Source: Nemertoderma westbladi
Taxonomy: Eukaryota > Animalia > Xenacoelomorpha
Assembly (NCBI GenBank): GCA_032718475.1
Contig: JAUCBJ010001113.1
Span: forward strand, 1-64,000
Direction of reading: 5' to 3'
Length of the DNA: 64,000 nt
The stretch's first letter is position 1; each line of letters starts with the position of its first letter. The notes under the pieces are model-generated. The model did not search any database. It saw nothing but the letters and a program-made list of their open reading frames with translations, and was not told where the DNA came from. Below, piece by piece: positions 1 through 14,284 of the stretch. Made by a program: the position numbers and the translations under genes.

Positions 1-3000
1 CCAACCAACCAACCAACCAACCAACCAACCAACCAACCAACCAACCAACCAACCCAACCAACCAAACCAACCAACCAACCAACCAACCAACCAACCAACC
101 AACCAACCACCAACCAACCAACCAAACCAACCAACCAACCAACCAACCAACCAACCAACCAACACAACCAACCAACCAACCCAACCAACCAACCAACCAA
201 CCAACCAACCAACCAACCAACCAACCACCAACCAACCAACCAACCAACCAACCAACCAACCAACCACAACCAACCAACCAACCAACAACCAACCAACCAA
301 CCAACCAACCAACCAACCAACCAACCAACCAACCAACCAACCAACCAACCAACCAACCAACCAACCAACCAACCAACCAACCAACCAACCAACCCAACCA
401 ACCACAACCAACCAACCAACCAACCAACCAACCAACCAACCACCAACCAACCAACCAACCAACCAACCAACCACCAACCAACCAACCAACCAAACCAACC
501 AACCAACCAACCAACCAACCAACCAACCAACCAACCAACCAACCAACCAACCAACCAACCAACCAACCAACCAACCAACCAACCACCAACCAACCAACCA
601 ACCCAACCAACCAACCAACCAACCAACCAACCAACCAACCACCAACCAACCAACCAACCAACCAACCAACCAACCAACCAACCAACCAACCAACCAACCA
701 ACCACCAACCGAACCAACCAACCAACCAACCAACCAACCAACCAACCAACCAACCAACCAACCAACCAACCAACCAACCAACCAACCAACCAACCAACCA
801 ACCAACCAACCAACCAACCAACCAACCACCAACCAACCAACCAACCAACCACCAACCAACCAACCACCCAACCAACCAACCAACCAACCAACCAACCAAC
901 CAACCAACCAACCAACCAACCAACCAACCAACCAACCAACCAACCAACCAACCAACCAACCAACCAACCAACCAACCCAACCAACCAACCAACCAACCAC
1001 CAACCAACCAACCAACCAACCAAACCAACCAACCAACCAACCAACCAACCAACCAACCAACCAACCAACCAACCAACCAACCAACCAACCAACCAACCAA
1101 CCAACCAACCACCAACCAACCAACCAACCAACCAACCAACCAACCAACCAACCAACCACCAACCAACCAACCAACCAACCAACCAACCAACCAACCAAAC
1201 CAACCAACCAACCAACCACCAACCAACCAACCAACCAACCAACCACCAACCAACCAACCAACCAACCAACCAACCAACCAACCACACCAACCAACCAACC
1301 AACCAACCAACCAACCAACCAACCAACCAACCAACCAACCAACCAACAACCAACCAACCAACCAACCAACCAACCCCCAACCACCAACCAACCAACCAAC
1401 AACCAACACCACCAACCAACCAACCAACCAACCAACCAACCAACCAACCAACCACCAACCAACCAACCAACCAACCAACCAACCAACCAACCAACCAACC
1501 AACCCAACCAACCAACCAACCAACCAACCAACCAACCAACCAACCAACCACCAACCAACCACCAACCAACCAACCAACCAACCACCAACCAACCAACCAA
1601 CCAACCAACCAACCAACCAACCAACCAACCAACCAACCAAACCCAACCAACCAACCAACCAACCAACCAACCAACCAACCAACCAACCAACCAACCAACC
1701 AACCAACCAACCACAACCAACCAACCAACCAACCAACCAACCAACCAACCAACCAACCAACCACCAACCAACCAACCAACCAACCAACCAACCAACCAAC
1801 CAACCAACCAACCAACCAACCAACCAACCAACCCAACCAACCAACCAACCAACCAACCAACCAACCAACCAACCAACCAACCAACCAACCAACCAACCAA
1901 CCAACCAACCAACCAACCAACCAACCAACCAACCAACCAACCAACCAACCAACCCAACCAACCAACCAACCAACCAACCAACCAACCAACCAACCAACCA
2001 ACCAACCAACCAACCAACCAACCAACCAACCAACCAACCAACCAACCAACCAACCAACAACCAACCAACCAACCAACCAACCAACCACCAACCAACCAAC
2101 CAACCAACCAACCACCAACCAACCAACCAACCACCAACCAACCAACCACCAACCAACCAACCAACCAACCAACCAACCAACCAACCAACCAACCAACCCA
2201 ACCAACCAACCAACCAACCAACCAACCAACCAACCAACCAACCACCAACCAACCAACCAACCAACCAACCAACCAACCAACCAACCAACCAACCAACCAA
2301 CCAACCAACCAACCAACCAACCAACCAACCAACCAACCAACCAACCAACCAACCAACCAACCAACCAACACCAACCAACCAACCCAACCAACCCAACCAA
2401 ACCAACCAACCAACCAACCAACCACCAACCAACCAACCAACCAACCAACCACCACCAACCAACCAACCAACCAACCAACCAACCAACCACCAACCAACCA
2501 ACCACCAACCAACCAACCAACCAACCAACCAACCAACCAACCCAACCAACCAACCAACCAACCAACCAACCAACCAACCAACCCAACCAACCAACCAACC
2601 AACCAACCAACCAACCCAACCAACCAACCAACCAACCAACCAACCAACCAACCAACCAACCAACCAACCAACCAACCCAACCAACCAACCAACCAACCAA
2701 CCAACCAACCAACCAACCAACCAACCAACCAACCAACCAACCAACCAACCAACCACCAACCAACCAACCAACCAACCAACCAACCAACCAACCAACCAAC
2801 CAACCAACCAACCAACCAACCAACCAACCAACCAACCAACCAACCAACCAACCAACCAACCAACCAACCAACCAACCAACCAACCAACCAACCAACCAAC
2901 CAACCAACCAACCAACCAACCAACCAACCAACCAACCAACCAACCAACCAACCAACCAACCAACCAACCAACCAACCAACCAACCAACCAACCAACCAAC

Positions 3001-6000
3001 CCAACCAACCAACCAACCAACCAACCAACCAACCAACCAACCAACCAACCAACCAACCAACCAACCAACCAACCAACCAACCAACCAACCAACCAACCAA
3101 CCAACCAACCAACCAACCAACCAACCAACCAACCAACCAACCAACCAACCAACCAACCAACCAACCAACCAACCAACCAACCAACCAACCAACCAACCAA
3201 CCAACCAACCAACCAACCAACCAACCAACCAACCAACCAACCAACCAACCAACCAACCAACCAACCAACCAACCAACCAACCAACCAACCAACCAACCAA
3301 CCAACCAACCAACCAACCAACCAACCAACCAACCAACCAACCAACCCAACCAACCAACCAACCAACCAACCAACCAACCAACCAACCAACCAACCAACCA
3401 ACCAACCAACCAACCAACCAACCAACCAACCACCAACCAACCAACCAACCAACCAACCAACCAACCAACCAACCAACCAACCAACCAACCAACCAACCAA
3501 CCAACCAACCAACCAACCAACCAACCAACCAACCAACCAACCAACCAACCAACCAACCAACCAACCACCACCAACCAACCAACCAACCAACCAACCAACC
3601 AACCAACCAACCAACCAACCAACCAACCAACCAACCAACCAACCAACCAACCAACCAACCAACCAACCAACCAACCAACCAACCAACCACCAACCAACCA
3701 ACCAACCAACCAACCAACCAACCAACCAACCAACCAACCAACCAACCAACCAACCAACCAACCAACCAACCAACCAACCAACCAACCAACCAACCAACCA
3801 ACCAACCAACCAACCAACCAACCAACCAACCAACACCAACCAACCAACCAACCAACCAACCAACCAACCAACCAACCAACCAACCAACCAACCAACCAAC
3901 CAACCAACCAACCAACCAACCAACCAACCAACCAACCAACCAACCAACCAACCAACCAACCAACCAACCAACCAACCAACCAACCAACCAACCAACCAAC
4001 CAACCAACCAACCAACCAACCAACCAACCAACCAACCAACCAACCAACCAACCAACCAACCAACCAACCAACCAACCAACCAACCACCAACCAACCAACC
4101 AACCAACCAACCAACCAACCAACCAACCAACCAACCAACCAACCAACCAACCAACCAACCAACCAACCAACCAACCAACCAACCAACCAACCAACCAACC
4201 AACCAACCAACCAACCAACCAACCAACCAACCAACCAACCAACCAACCACCACCAACCAACCAACCAACCAACCAACCAACCAACCAACCAACCAACCAA
4301 CCAACCAACCAACCAACCAACCAACCAACCAACCAACCAACCAACCAACCAACCAACCAACCAACCAACCAACCAACCAACCAACCAACCAACCAACCAA
4401 CCAACCAACCAACCAACCAACCAACCAACCAACCAACCAACCAACCAACCAACCAACCAACCAACCAACCAACCAACCAACCAACCAACCAACCAACCAA
4501 CCACCAACCAACCAACCAACCAACCAACCAACCAACCAACCAACCAACCAACCAACCAACCAACCAACCAACCAACCAACCAACCAACCAACCAACCAAC
4601 CAACCAACCAACCAACCAACCAACCAACCAACCAACCAACCAACCAACCAACCAACCAACCAACCAACCAACCAACCAACCAACCAACCAACCAACCAAC
4701 CAACCAACCAACCAACCAACCAACCAACCAACCAACCAACCAACCAACCAACCAACCAACCAACCAACCAACCAACCAACCAACCAACCAACCAACCAAC
4801 CAACCAACCAACCAACCAACCAACCAACCAACCAACCAACCAACCAACCAACCAACCAACCAACCAACCAACCAACCAACCAACCAACCAACCAACCAAC
4901 CAACCAACCAACCAACCAACCAACCAACCAACCAACCAACCAACCAACCAACCAACCAACCAACCAACCAACCAACCAACCAACCAACCAACCAACCAAC
5001 CAACCAACCAACCAACCAACCAACCAACCAACCAACCAACCAACCAACCAACCAACCAACCAACCAACCAACCAACCAACCAACCAACCAACCAACCAAC
5101 CAACCAACCAACCAACCAACCAACCAACCAACCAACCAACCAACCAACCAACCAACCAACCAACCAACCAACCAACCAACCAACCAACCAACCAACCAAC
5201 CAACCAACCAACCAACCAACCAACCAACCAACCAACCAACCAACCAACCAACCAACCAACCAACCAACCAACCAACCAACCAACCAACCAACCAACCAAC
5301 CAACCAACCAACCAACCAACCAACCAACCAACCAACCAACCAACCAACCAACCAACCAACCAACCAACCAACCAACCAACCAACCAACCAACCAACCAAC
5401 CAACCAACCAACCAACCAACCAACCAACCAACCAACCAACCAACCAACCAACCAACCAACCAACCAACCAACCAACCAACCAACCAACCAACCAACCAAC
5501 CAACCAACCAACCAACCAACCAACCAACCAACCAACCAACCAACCAACCAACCAACCAACCAACCAACCAACCAACCAACCAACCAACCAACCAACCAAC
5601 CAACCAACCAACCAACCAACCAACCAACCAACCAACCAACCAACCAACCAACCAACCAACCAACCAACCAACCAACCAACCAACCAACCAACCAACCAAC
5701 CAACCAACCAACCAACCAACCAACCAACCAACCAACCAACCAACCAACCAACCAACCAACCAACCAACCAACCAACCAACCAACCAACCAACCAACCAAC
5801 CAACCAACCAACCAACCAACCAACCACCAACCAACCAACCAACCAACCAACCAACCAACCAACCAACCAACCAACCAACCAACCAACCAACCAACCAACC
5901 AACCAACCAACCAACCAACCAACCAACCAACCAACCAACCAACCAACCAACCAACCAACCAACCAACCAACCAACCAACCAACCAACCAACCAACCAACC

Positions 6001-7276
6001 AACCAACCAACCAACCAACCAACCAACCAACCAACCAACCAACCAACCAACCAACCAACCAACCAACCAACCAACCAACCAACCAACCAACCAACCAACC
6101 AACCAACCAACCAACCAACCAACCAACCAACCAACCAACCAACCAACCAACCAACCAACCAACCAACCAACCAACCAACCAACCAACCAACCAACCAACC
6201 AACCAACCAACCAACCAACCAACCAACCAACCAACCAACCAACCAACCAACCAACCAACCAACCAACCAACCAACCAACCAACCAACCAACCAACCAACC
6301 AACCAACCAACCAACCAACCAACCAACCAACCAACCAACCAACCAACCAACCAACCAACCAACCAACCAACCAACCAACCAACCAACCAACCAACCAACC
6401 AACCAACCAACCAACCAACCAACCAACCAACCAACCAACCAACCAACCAACCAACCAACCAACCAACCAACCAACCAACCAACCAACCAACCAACCAACC
6501 AACCAACCAACCAACCAACCAACCAACCAACCAACCAACCAACCAACCAACCAACCAACCAACCAACCAACCAACCAACCAACCAACCAACCAACCAACC
6601 AACCAACCAACCAACCAACCAACCAACCAACCAACCAACCAACCAACCAACCAACCAACCAACCAACCAACCAACCAACCAACCAACCAACCAACCAACC
6701 AACCAACCAACCAACCAACCAACCAACCAACCAACCAACCAACCAACCAACCAACCAACCAACCAACCAACCAACCAACCAACCAACCAACCAACCAACC
6801 AACCAACCAACCAACCAACCAACCAACCAACCAACCAACCAACCAACCAACCAACCAACCAACCAACCAACCAACCAACCAACCAACCAACCAACCAACC
6901 AACCAACCAACCAACCAACCAACCAACCAACCAACCAACCAACCAACCAACCAACCAACCAACCAACCAACCAACCAACCAACCAACCAACCAACCAACC
7001 AACCAACCAACCAACCAACCAACCAACCAACCAACCAACCAACCAACCAACCAACCAACCAACCAATCAACCAACCAACCAACCAACCAACCAACCAACC
7101 AACCAACCAACCAACCAACCAACCAACCAACCAACCAACCAACCAATCAACCAACCAACCAACCAACCAACCAACCAACCAACCAACCAACCAACCAACC
7201 AACCAACCAACCAACCAACCAACCAACCAACCAACCAACCAATCAACCAACCAACCAACCAACCAACCAACCAACC
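1..7276 (+). repeat. (AACC)n / (TTGG)n tetranucleotide array, candidate telomere
   Basis: About 1800 units starting at base 1. Frequent 1-nt indels in the first ~4.5 kb, near perfect from 4.5 to 7 kb, AATC variants at 7065, 7145 and 7241 next to the junction. C-rich strand at the 5' end. Confidence 0.97.
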
Positions 7277-9565
7277 GAGTGACCGATGCACAAAATCACC
7301 AGTCTTTACCTACGCCAAGCAGCCCGTGTAGTACCGAGGTTAATTTAACTATAGCGGTATGTATAACAAACACAATTACTGTAGGAACAAACTTGGGGAA
7401 TGAATGTTGCGAATAATCGCATAAACTCTGAATAATAAATATTACGCTACGCGTACAAACTACTCAAACAAAATGCAGACCGAACACTGACAGACTACTA
7501 TCAAGCCTAAACAAACTACGGTATATGCAGACTCCGAAATAATTAGGTAGTATGCGTTCTAACCCAGTAGTACGACTTATTCTTTAGTTGGGGGTTTACC
7601 TTACAGCATTCGCTGCCCCTACTTCCTAACCGTTCTTTATCGGACAGATGATCTACACACGCTGCAATCCGTTCAGACCTAATAACAGCCAGACAACTAT
7701 CCAGCCTACAAATTATCTAAATAAATATTATACGCTACCCGTACAGACTTACACAAACAAAGTACAGACTCAACGATGGCAGACTACTCTCAAGCCTAAC
7801 TAAACTACAGGACATGCAGACTCCGAAATGATTAGGGAGTATGCGCTCTAACCCAGTAGTGCGACTTATTCTTTAGTTGGGGGTTTACCTTACAGCGTTC
7901 GCTGCCCCTACTTCCTAACCGTACTTAATCGGACAGGTGATCTACACACACTGTAATCCGTTCAGACTTAACAGCAATCAGACAACAGCTCAGCCTACAA
8001 ATTGTCTGTACAATCTGATCAGGCTTACACGCCTTCTGTTCAATACTGGCCTACAAACAAATAAAACTTGACAGAAATAAGTAAAAATCTCAATAAAAAA
8101 CCAGGGCTGCAGTCCCTGATTAATTATTAAGGCCTACCGGTATATAACTATCAAAATCGAATAATACTAATGTACTTATACGGGAAGTACCGGTTAGGAC
8201 AGTTAGGCCTACGGACCTACAGAAGTACCGGTTCTGGCAGTTGGACCTACAGACCTACGGCAGTACCGGTTCTGGCAGTTGGGCCTACTGACCTACAGAT
8301 GTACCTTTCAGGTTTACCGGTTGACCGGTACTTTCAACTTTATTGCTTACTGCAATAAAGAAGCTATATCCGTTATTGTTCGCGCTTTCAGACCTTTGGC
8401 AGTTTAACCCGCCAAATTAGGATGTCTTCTAGATAATAAATCGCTTTAGCCTCTAACAAGTATTTGATTCACTACACTAGTTGAAACCAATCTGTGCGCG
8501 ATCATTCACCCGTTGGATATACCCGGGAGATTGATTTCGACAGCTTAATCTTATTGCTATGTAAGCCTAATGTATTATTCGACTGACAGTATTATATAAT
8601 CTCTGACAATATTATTCACCTTCAGGGAATATTAACAGTTCCTTTAGGACGTGGCGCTCTATCTATATAAACAGAGTTATGACTTAAACTACTCACAACG
8701 ATATGGCTTAGTTACAATTCACATATATGGCGCATTCTTTAGGAAATGCTTCGTTATCAGTCTCACTCATACACAATGCTGCACAATACTGCACACTGAT
8801 CTGCCGATCTTCACTGATTTTAGTCACATATAAAAGGAACACGGACCGAATCATGTAGGGTCTATCAAATAACATTAGATTCACTTCAAACCACTCAACA
8901 TAGGTCGCAATCATTTATCTGTAACCCTTCTCTCTTACCTTCGGTATATCAAGAATATTGGGTTTTCGGGGTTATTTGCCGTTATTCCAAATATAATAAT
9001 TCATCAACCATATTATGAAGAACTGAAAGTAAATAGCAGTATAACAATATAAAGTATGCACAGTGTTACACAGTATGCAGTGTATGCAGTACTGCAGTAT
9101 GCAGTATGCAGATAACGGATATATGTCCTTATAATTAAGCCTACTAGTGTAGGACTAAAAACTGAAAACACGGAGGTGCCAAAAGCCGGTTCTTAGGCTC
9201 TGGGCAAAAACATAACACTGAACTACTGAGTTTCTGTATACACCTCCAACACAGAGACAACAAACGCTCTGATTGGTCAACCTGAACAACGAGAGAACAA
9301 AGAAACAAAGAAACGTCGACGTGGCAATATCAGCTGCTAGCCGTCGTCATGGTAGCGACACTGTTTTCAAGAGTATCGAGCTTTTACGTCACGGAATTAC
9401 GGATTATGTCCTCTAAAGTACAAATACAGAAGAAATAGCTTTTATGTCCGCTAAAACACCAGTACAGCAAGGACACGGCCTTTTTATGCCTGGTAAACCA
9501 ACCACAGAGTATTTTACGGGAAAAATAAGGAAAAATAACCGGACAATTCAGCAAAAGCTTTTACA
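7277..9565 (-). mobile_element. Truncated, diverged copy of the BEL/Pao element (5' LTR 8377-9565 plus ~1.1 kb leader), cut by the (AACC)n array
   Basis: Reverse complement aligns to 19789-~21700. Begins TGTAAAAGCTTTTGC, LTR ends GCGCGAACA, and leader homology continues to the repeat junction. Confidence 0.93.
7440..8010. repeat. ~290-bp tandem duplication in the BEL leader
   Basis: Units start TACGCTAC(G/C)CGTACA at ~7443 and ~7731. Only one unit is present in the full-length copy (~21250-21530). Confidence 0.85.
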
Positions 9566-9628
9566 CACTTGACTCTGACTGTAACAAACTTGATATCGAT
9601 ATGTGTGTAGGAATATCGACTTTCATGC

Positions 9629-9660
<32 letters not shown>
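9566..9660 (+). other. Short poly(A)-tailed segment, probable retroposed 3' end
   Basis: A-run of ~26 nt at 9635-9660. Confidence 0.4.
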
Positions 9661-9845
9661 GAAGTTGGTATATTTTGGTACTGTTACCGGTACGTTACAG
9701 TGCAGTTAGTAGGCTGGTAGTACAGCAGTAGCAGTACAGCATATACATACTTTAGTAGTGTACCTGCCCTGGTTGCCTGTCGTTAGGATATCTGATCTTT
9801 ATAAGATATTATATATGTTATTTGGTCTAGATCCTAACATATTTC

Positions 9846-10592
9846 CTAACGAACATAATAAATATAATGAATTGTATCCTTGGCAAATTCTTTATTTATT
9901 ACACTACCATATTTCACGTCATCAGGTATCGCCACGCGACGAAGTAAAGCTAAACCAAAATCATTAATATATTCATTTTCAATTATATTAGTAGTCACGT
10001 ACATGTTCGACTTAGGTTCTGGAATAGAATTGGGTGGTTGAGGACATAAAAATACCATTTGGTAAGCTTTTTCTTCATTTCCGATAATCTTTATTAAATA
10101 ACCCTTTATATTATTTTTCGTCTTCAAAATAATTTTAAAATTTGGATTTAAATTCGCACCGAGATTATTTTCAGTAATTCCAAAATAATAGGCTAATTGT
10201 TGACCTATAAATAACTCTCGTACAGTTTTCCCTAAAATAAATTGCAACCTATTTTGCTGAGTATTTTCAACTATTTGTAATTTATCTTTCAACGCCCCAG
10301 TGTTAAAATAATCTATAATGTCATTGATACTGTAGAACAAGCCGGATGGAAGTGTATCCTCAAAATTTTTTTTCCCTTTTTTTAATAAAATAACATTCTC
10401 TACATTGTTATACATAGACGGTAACGTGGCTAAGTAAAATATACTATTTATACCTACCACCCAGTTTTCGTTTGGATTTATAGGTAAGGCACCATGGAAA
10501 TTGATCTGATAATTACTACCGGTATTACGGGGAAAATTAATTGGACAGGAGTTACTTGGTAGCCTAACATAGAAATCATCCATCACCGCCAC
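9846..10592 (-). pseudogene. Polinton minor capsid (penton-like) protein 2, C-terminally truncated
   Basis: FYVRLPSNS...FPRNTGSNY...W.VGI N-terminus and MYVTTNIIE...LLRRV motif typical of Maverick minor capsid proteins. Confidence 0.75.
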
Positions 10593-11448
10593 CGCGTATT
10601 AACTTAAGTGTTATAACAGTGCGACCACCGTTGAAATTAATTAATTCACCTTGGCCGTCACGTAAAGTAATTAAGATTGTTTTTAGTTTTTTATTCAACA
10701 ATGAGTAATAGCAAATGCTCTCGTATTCGTGATTAATATATTTTCGATTTAATTGTATTAAAGGACAGGTTCTTAAGAGCGGAGCTAAAGCGTCACCAAC
10801 AAAAGAGCTCTCAATAATATTTGTATATATGAAGATTGTATCTTTATTACGAGTAATATTCGTGGGATTTGGAAAATCTAAAATCCCAATTTCCGAAATT
10901 TTTGGTCCACTATAATTTAAAATTAATATCGGCTGTTCTATATTGCTTAATTCATCCACTGTAGTGGTACTGTATATATCCCAATTCGGAATACCTGGAT
11001 GATTGTGATCCAATAACTGTTTTAAGCCTAGAATTTGTATTAAATCACCGTGTAGACTTAATTGTATTTTTTTCAACTTTTTCGGAAATTTAAATTTAAT
11101 TCTAGAATTATTTGTATTAAAAATAAATTCGAAATCTCTTTATTTCGCTTCAGAATTAAACAGTTTATTTATATCATCAATAATGACTTGAATAGAGCTA
11201 TGCATACCAGGAAATAAACTGTATAATTTGGCATCTTTTGCATCTACCCCGATTGACAGCGAGATTTGAGTTTGCAGAGTAATATTACTGTATGTTGCTT
11301 GGTATTGAATCTCGGCAAGCCCAATTTTAGCGTTTGGACCAATATATAATTCTTTGGCTAAATCAACAATAAACTCGCTAGGGTTATTATTGGGGTATGT
11401 GTTTAATGAGCTATCTGAAACTAGAGTGATATATGTATCTACAGCCAT
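10576..11448 (-). pseudogene. Polinton minor capsid (penton-like) protein 1, one in-frame stop
   Basis: ORFs 11140-11448 and 10576-11076 are in the same frame. Motifs YITLVSDSS..YPNN.PSEF, IFIYTNIIESSFVGD..APLLR and ITLRDGQGELINFNGGRTVITL. Confidence 0.8.
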
Positions 11449-11710
11449 TATTATTATTCTTTAAGCTCTCTCTACATGACTCCTTTGTACATACTGTACT
11501 GTATAATGTTAAACTATAGACATCTGTGACCACGTTCATTGCCGCTTCTACAGTATATGCGAGGGATCAATATTTTACTGGCTTTATTTAAAACGAATGG
11601 ACTATAGATATTAACCTTACAGTATAGTATAGTAATATCATTTGAGTTAATATTGATTAATTACGGTCATATGTGACCAAAATGAATTAATATACAGTAT
11701 AAACCTAAAC

Positions 11711-12724
11711 TTATTGAATATGCTGTACCCACGACTGTTTCTTGGATCCAATGAATCGGACTAAATATTCTTTTTTCCCATTGCATACACGTTCTTTAAG
11801 TTTGCCAATATTTTTGTCAATCGGAAGATAAATATTACTACTCGGGTGGACCTTTTGGAGTTCGTATGAATAAAATGAACCATTTATTATAGCACCGGTT
11901 CTGTACTTAATATCGAACATTACCGCTGGTACTCTAACCAATCTGACCCGATGAATAATAAATAATTCACGTGTCCATTGTTCTCGATAGCCTTTAGCAA
12001 AAGCAGTACGCGCAATAGATAATCGTACTGTATCTCCAACTTTAAATTTTATTTTCTTGTGATTAATCTGTCTATATTTCCCATATAATCTATTAATTAA
12101 TTCAGTTTTATTAAATTTATTAACTTCAATGGGCGTCATTTGTATAGTCCTATGAAATGACCTATTATAAGCAAATATAAGCTTCGGTAAAATTTTTATC
12201 CAAACATTATTTCCCCGTTGCGTGAAAATTTTGAACATCTTTGTTTTTAATGTTCTATTGAATCTCTCGACAATAGCCGCCTTATTCACAGAGTACATTA
12301 CGTAATACTGTACACCAATAGTATCTAAATATTTCCTTACAGATTTATTTAGAAACTCGAAACCTTGATCAGTCGCGATTCTGTTTGGTTTACCCTTCTG
12401 GAATATTTTTTGCAATATACTAATAATTTCAATACCTGTTTTTGTCTTCATACCATAGGCAAAAGCAAGCCGGCTAAAGGCATCAATACATGTTAATATA
12501 TAGTTATAATTATTATTTTGTGATTTATATTGCTGCATATCCACCAGATCTATCATATATATATCTTTTAACCCTCCCGTGAATATTTTAGATGTTGGAT
12601 AATGATGTCTACGTGGTGCATGAAGGGAGTATGTCTTTTGCCCGCTCAACCATTTCTGGGCTTGAGCTGGTTTGATGTTTGCGGCTTTTGCTAATTTTGC
12701 GATACTTGCAAAACCCGCAGGCAA
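11711..12724 (-). CDS. Polinton retroviral-like (rve) integrase with C-terminal chromodomain-like remnant
   Basis: DLVDMQ...YILTCIDAFSR, TDQG.EF, KAAIVERFNRTLK (DDE), FAKGY..QWT.ELF, YLVRF.G. Confidence 0.93.
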   Translation of the reverse strand: MPAGFASIAKLAKAANIKPAQAQKWLSGQKTYSLHAPRRHHYPTSKIFTGGLKDIYMIDLVDMQQYKSQNNNYNYILTCIDAFSRLAFAYGMKTKTGIEIISILQKIFQKGKPNRIATDQGFEFLNKSVRKYLDTIGVQYYVMYSVNKAAIVERFNRTLKTKMFKIFTQRGNNVWIKILPKLIFAYNRSFHRTIQMTPIEVNKFNKTELINRLYGKYRQINHKKIKFKVGDTVRLSIARTAFAKGYREQWTRELFIIHRVRLVRVPAVMFDIKYRTGAIINGSFYSYELQKVHPSSNIYLPIDKNIGKLKERVCNGKKEYLVRFIGSKKQSWVQHIQ

Positions 12725-12985
12725 TGAAGGATCTAAATAAATTCTTAACAGTTTTTTGTCTCATCACCGTAAAAACAGCTGAAATTTTTTTATTTTCTTT
12801 GAAGTTGATGTTTTAAAGGGTTTTCTTTTTGTAGTATTTACTCTAGGTATATCTTGAGGTTTTAAATCAGTAGCTAACGGTTTACTCGATACTAAATATA
12901 GTTTTCTAAATGTTACTCCCGTTTTAACCATTATTACCGTCCGCGGATAATTTTTTTCGCAATAGCCGCTCCAGCGGCGGCGGCG

Positions 12986-14284
12986 AGGTGGAAAATTTCT
13001 ACCAGAATCTACAAGCAGCTACTGATGGCGTGGATCAGCATGCATTCTTAACATTCCTGGGGGACTTTAATGCAAGTCTGCATCAATCACCTACATCGCC
13101 CTGGGTCTATAGCAATAGTGTTAACCGAAATTCCGTCCATCTTCAGGATTTTATCTCTGGAAATGGATTATTTTCGGCTGGAACCCAGTTCAAGAAGCGA
13201 ACTGGAAAGCTATGGACTCATAGTGGACCCAGTGGTCACAAGTCCCAGATATACCATATCCTGTTTCGTAGGAAATACAGGAGCTCTATACAAGACTGTA
13301 ATGCATTTACACTACGAGAGACACACTTGCACCATTCTTGTTCATAATTGTTGTTGACTATGTTCTACGCATGTCCTTAGATCATCATAATGATGATGGA
13401 GTGATGATAACTCCACCTACTGGATCCAGAAGTCGATGAAATCCTGCCAAGTACCTAACTGATCTACACTTTGCTGATGACTTAGGAGTACTCTCAGAAA
13501 CACTAGAGGGAGCCCAACGGCTCCTCAGCTCATTAGAATATGCTGCTTCTAGTGTTGGTCTTTTTATTAACTCCAGAAAGACCAAAATTTTGACAGTCAA
13601 CTTTGAAAGTCCTCAGCAAGTCTCTGATCGGATGAGTATAAGCTCAAAAGATGGTATGCTTGAGCATGTGGATGAATTCTGTTACCTGGGATCATGGATC
13701 CGGAAGTCAGATGAGGACCTTCGAATACATAAGGGAAAGGCATGGGCAGCCTTGAATAGGCTTTCCAGGATTTGGAAGTCACCGAGAATTAATCGGAAAC
13801 TTAAGGTCCGGTTATTTAGAGCAGCAGTAGTTCCAGTACTCCTCTATGGGAGTCCGTGCTGGGCTCTAACTGCTGAGGACACCAAATCTCTGGATGGTAC
13901 ATTCACAAGAATGCTACGCCGGGTTCATTGTATCAAGTTCAATGCACACATCTCCATCCAGACACTATATAACATTGGAGGTGTCTCATTGGTTCCCCCA
14001 AGCTTGACAATAGAACAAAATCGCCTCCGCTTTGAAGGACATTGCTTTTGCCGTGAGGAGCAGCCAGTGCATAATCTTGTACTTTGGCAGCCTCATGGAG
14101 TGAATAAGCATGGTGGACAGCCCATGACTTTCTTGCGACGCATCTTAAATGACACTGGCCTAGAAGATGCGGATGATCTAGCAAATGTCATGGGTGATGG
14201 GAGTTGTGGCGGTGCAGTTTTGTCGATAAGCCGGCACAGCATTCTTAAAAATGCAGCTGCATTGCAGCATGCCGATCCTAGTAG
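12986..14284 (+). mobile_element. RTE-group LINE fragment (APE piece plus RT C-terminus, internally deleted, TAG tail)
   Basis: LGDFNA, LWTH, FADDL, YLGSWI, KGKAWAALNRL, LLYGS, RLRFEGHCF. Its 3' part matches 50994-51572. Confidence 0.88.

Noticed and set aside
7067-7291. 74-aa LVGW-repeat ORF
   Set aside because: Translation of the (TTGG)n array.
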